In this document: in pieces, positions 61,612 through 64,000 of the stretch
Layout: each line of letters begins with the position of its first letter
Position numbering within the stretch: the stretch's first letter is position 1
Assembly: GCA_965238225.1 (NCBI GenBank)
Contig: OZ250183.1
Coordinates: 928,001 to 992,000, forward strand
Origin: Gammaproteobacteria bacterium
GTDB taxonomy: Bacteria > Pseudomonadota > Gammaproteobacteria > Eutrophobiales > Eutrophobiaceae
Direction of reading: 5' to 3'
Length of the DNA stretch: 64,000 nt
Notes under the pieces: generated by a model
What the model was told of the DNA's origin: nothing
The model's database searches: none
Seen by the model: only the letters and a program-made list of their open reading frames with translations
Made by a program: the position numbers and the translations under genes

Positions 61612-62449
61612 ACAACGTGTGATAACAGCAATCATACTGGCAAGTGTGATGATAAGCGCAGTTATTTTTTTGTCCACAGAAAAGCTCGCTTTCATATTTA
61701 TTGCAATTGTCTGCGTGGCTGCGTGGGAATGGGCTTCTTGTGCTGGCTTATATACCATGTCTCAAAAAATTATCTCTTTCTTATTCATTTTTTTATCTTT
61801 AATGGCTTGTATGTATCTTCTTGATACACAGTGGATTCTTATAGTGATAGCTTGCGGTATTGTGTGGTGGTTTGTGGCTATGTTTCTGGTGGTTCGCTAC
61901 CAGATAAATAAAAACATTAATATATCATCAAAGTTTCTTAAAATCATGATGGGCGGTGTCATCCTTGTCCCTGCTTGGTTGAGTTTAATTTTGATTCACT
62001 CTGGTAAAGTTGGATCTTCTCTGGCGGATGTATCTGGCACATCGTTAATGCTATTTTTATTTTTTCTTATATGGTTGTCTGACAGTGCAGCATATTTCTC
62101 AGGTAGAAAATTTGGCAATAAAAAACTTGTAAGTAACGTGAGCCCTGGTAAAAGTTGGGAGGGTGTATATGGTGCCCTGTCTGCCTCATTATTATTTCCC
62201 ATTATCTATGCGTTTTATACAGATATGAACTTTATAACCACTATTTATTTTATTTTACTGGCCTTGATTACAGTGAGTTTCTCAATTTTAGGTGATTTGA
62301 CAGAAAGTATGTTCAAGCGGATGGCCAAGATTAAAGACAGTAGCAATATTTTGCCCGGACACGGTGGCGTACTAGACCGTATCGATAGCCTCACATCTTC
62401 TGCGCCTGTATTTTTTGCAGGTCTATGGGCAATGGAAAAGATTTTATGA
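61604..62449 (+). CDS. cdsA: Phosphatidate cytidylyltransferase
   Basis: [40 protein letters not shown]. Confidence 0.96.
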   Translation: MIKQRVITAIILASVMISAVIFLSTEKLAFIFIAIVCVAAWEWASCAGLYTMSQKIISFLFIFLSLMACMYLLDTQWILIVIACGIVWWFVAMFLVVRYQINKNINISSKFLKIMMGGVILVPAWLSLILIHSGKVGSSLADVSGTSLMLFLFFLIWLSDSAAYFSGRKFGNKKLVSNVSPGKSWEGVYGALSASLLFPIIYAFYTDMNFITTIYFILLALITVSFSILGDLTESMFKRMAKIKDSSNILPGHGGVLDRIDSLTSSAPVFFAGLWAMEKIL

Positions 62450-63630
62450 TTGGGCTAACGTTACTGGGTGCGACAGGAAGTATCGGCATCAGTACTTTAG
62501 ACGTGGTCTCTCGCCACAAAGATAAATATGAGATTATTGCGCTGACTGCAAATCAAAATATTGAATTGCTTATCGAGCAGTGTGAAACATGGCAACCAAA
62601 ATATGCTGTTATTGCTGATCATGATCTTGCAGAATCATTAAGCAACGGTTTAAAAGAGAAAGGTTTAGATATAGAAGTATTGTCTGGGTCAGAAGGCTTA
62701 CGGACTGTTGCTGTTTTGGCAGAAGTAGATTATGTCATGGCCGCTATTGTTGGTGCAGCGGGGCTATTGCCAACACTTGCAGCAGCAGAAGCTGGGAAAC
62801 GGGTGTTATTGGCTAACAAAGAATCATTAGTCATGTCTGGAAAATTATTTATGGATACCGTACACGAATCTGGCGCTTCCTTGTTGCCAATAGACAGTGA
62901 GCACAATGCTATTTTTCAGAGCATGCCGATAAATTATCAAGACGGTTTGTCAAAGACTGGCGTTGAAAAAATACTTCTAACTGCATCAGGAGGGCCATTT
63001 AGAACAACTCCTCTTGATGAATTAAAGAAAGTCACGCCCAAACAAGCGTGCGCACATCCAAATTGGGATATGGGTAGAAAAATTTCAGTAGATTCTGCAA
63101 CAATGATGAATAAAGGCCTTGAAGTTATTGAAGCGTGTTGGTTATTTGACACAAGTCCGGAGAAAATACAAATTGTTTTGCATCCACAGAGTGTTATTCA
63201 TTCTTTGGTTCAATATATCGATGGCTCTGTTTTAGCTCAATTGGGAAATCCTGATATGAGAATACCTATTGCACATGCTCTTTCTTGGCCTGAACGTATT
63301 GATTCGGGTGTTGAATCACTTGATTTATTTGATGTAGCGCATCTTGATTTTGAAATTCCAGATATTGATAGATTTCCCTGTTTGAAACTGGCAAGCGAAG
63401 CAATGACAGCAGGAGGCACATCAACTGTAATATTAAATGCTGCAAATGAAGTTGCGGTTGAAGCATTTTTAAATAACCAGATAAGATTTACAGGGATACC
63501 TGAGTTGATAAAGGCAGCCTTGGAAAATATCTCCAAGGTTGAAGCAGATTCAATTGAGACTGTGTTGGCTGTTGACGTTGAAGCGCGTCTGTTTGCTAAT
63601 CAATATATTAAAGATGCACTTTCCTTGTGA
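62446..63630 (+). CDS. dxr: 1-deoxy-D-xylulose 5-phosphate reductoisomerase
   Basis: [41 protein letters not shown]. Confidence 0.97.
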   Translation: MIGLTLLGATGSIGISTLDVVSRHKDKYEIIALTANQNIELLIEQCETWQPKYAVIADHDLAESLSNGLKEKGLDIEVLSGSEGLRTVAVLAEVDYVMAAIVGAAGLLPTLAAAEAGKRVLLANKESLVMSGKLFMDTVHESGASLLPIDSEHNAIFQSMPINYQDGLSKTGVEKILLTASGGPFRTTPLDELKKVTPKQACAHPNWDMGRKISVDSATMMNKGLEVIEACWLFDTSPEKIQIVLHPQSVIHSLVQYIDGSVLAQLGNPDMRIPIAHALSWPERIDSGVESLDLFDVAHLDFEIPDIDRFPCLKLASEAMTAGGTSTVILNAANEVAVEAFLNNQIRFTGIPELIKAALENISKVEADSIETVLAVDVEARLFANQYIKDALSL

Positions 63631-64000
63631 TCTCTTTTTTGCAACATCTTTCTGCATTTATTTTCGCCTTGGGAATTTTAGTAATTTTCCATGAATTTGG
63701 TCATTTTTGGGCTGCACAAAAATGTGGTGTCAAAATTTTAAGGTTTTCAGTTGGATTCGGTAAGCCTTTATGGTCAAAGCGAATAGGCAAGGATAAATTT
63801 GAATTAGTTATTGCAGCGTTGCCTTTAGGCGGTTACGTTAAGATGTTGGACGAACGAGAAGGAGATGTTGCAGAGTCCGAGCTTGACCGTACGTTCAATA
63901 GAAAATCATTAGCTCAACGAACAGCTATCGTTCTAGCGGGTCCTGTTTTTAATTTTATCTTTGCTATTGTTGCATTTTGGTTCATGTTTATGATTGGTTT
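63627..64000 (+). CDS. rseP: RIP metalloprotease RseP, 3'-truncated by the window edge
   Basis: GTG overlaps the dxr stop. [27 protein letters not shown]. Confidence 0.93.
   Translation, partial: MISFLQHLSAFIFALGILVIFHEFGHFWAAQKCGVKILRFSVGFGKPLWSKRIGKDKFELVIAALPLGGYVKMLDEREGDVAESELDRTFNRKSLAQRTAIVLAGPVFNFIFAIVAFWFMFMIG

Overview
Moderately AT-rich gammaproteobacterial chromosome segment. In order it holds: (1) an uncharacterised envelope operon (1-7413) with a MotA/TolQ/ExbB-like subunit, two ExbD-like-TM/coiled-coil/vWA proteins, a TPR/PEGA-like protein, a PEGA plus non-catalytic FGE-fold protein and an unannotated 50-aa secreted peptide; (2) an orphan type IV pilin; (3) a complete 14-gene nuoA-N operon with separate nuoC and nuoD; (4) a DUF2818 pseudogene interrupted by an inverted 93-bp rpe fragment; (5) glycerate kinase; (6) an avtA pseudogene cut by a decayed IS30-family element; (7) a roughly 16-kb non-phosphorylative L-fucose/D-arabinose-type catabolic locus with GH172, a TonB-dependent receptor and a GPH symporter, whose two regulators appear decayed; (8) an MshEN-like plus cNMP-binding protein; (9) msrA and tolB pseudogenes; (10) mtaB, an HDAC-family gene, prc, dusA, glnD and map; (11) the rpsB-tsf-pyrH-frr-uppS-cdsA-dxr-rseP cluster, where RpsB carries a KKKVI-repeat tail. 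The many pseudogenes suggest ongoing genome erosion. No tRNA, rRNA or CRISPR array was recognised. Family assignments rest on motif recognition from memory, not database searches.
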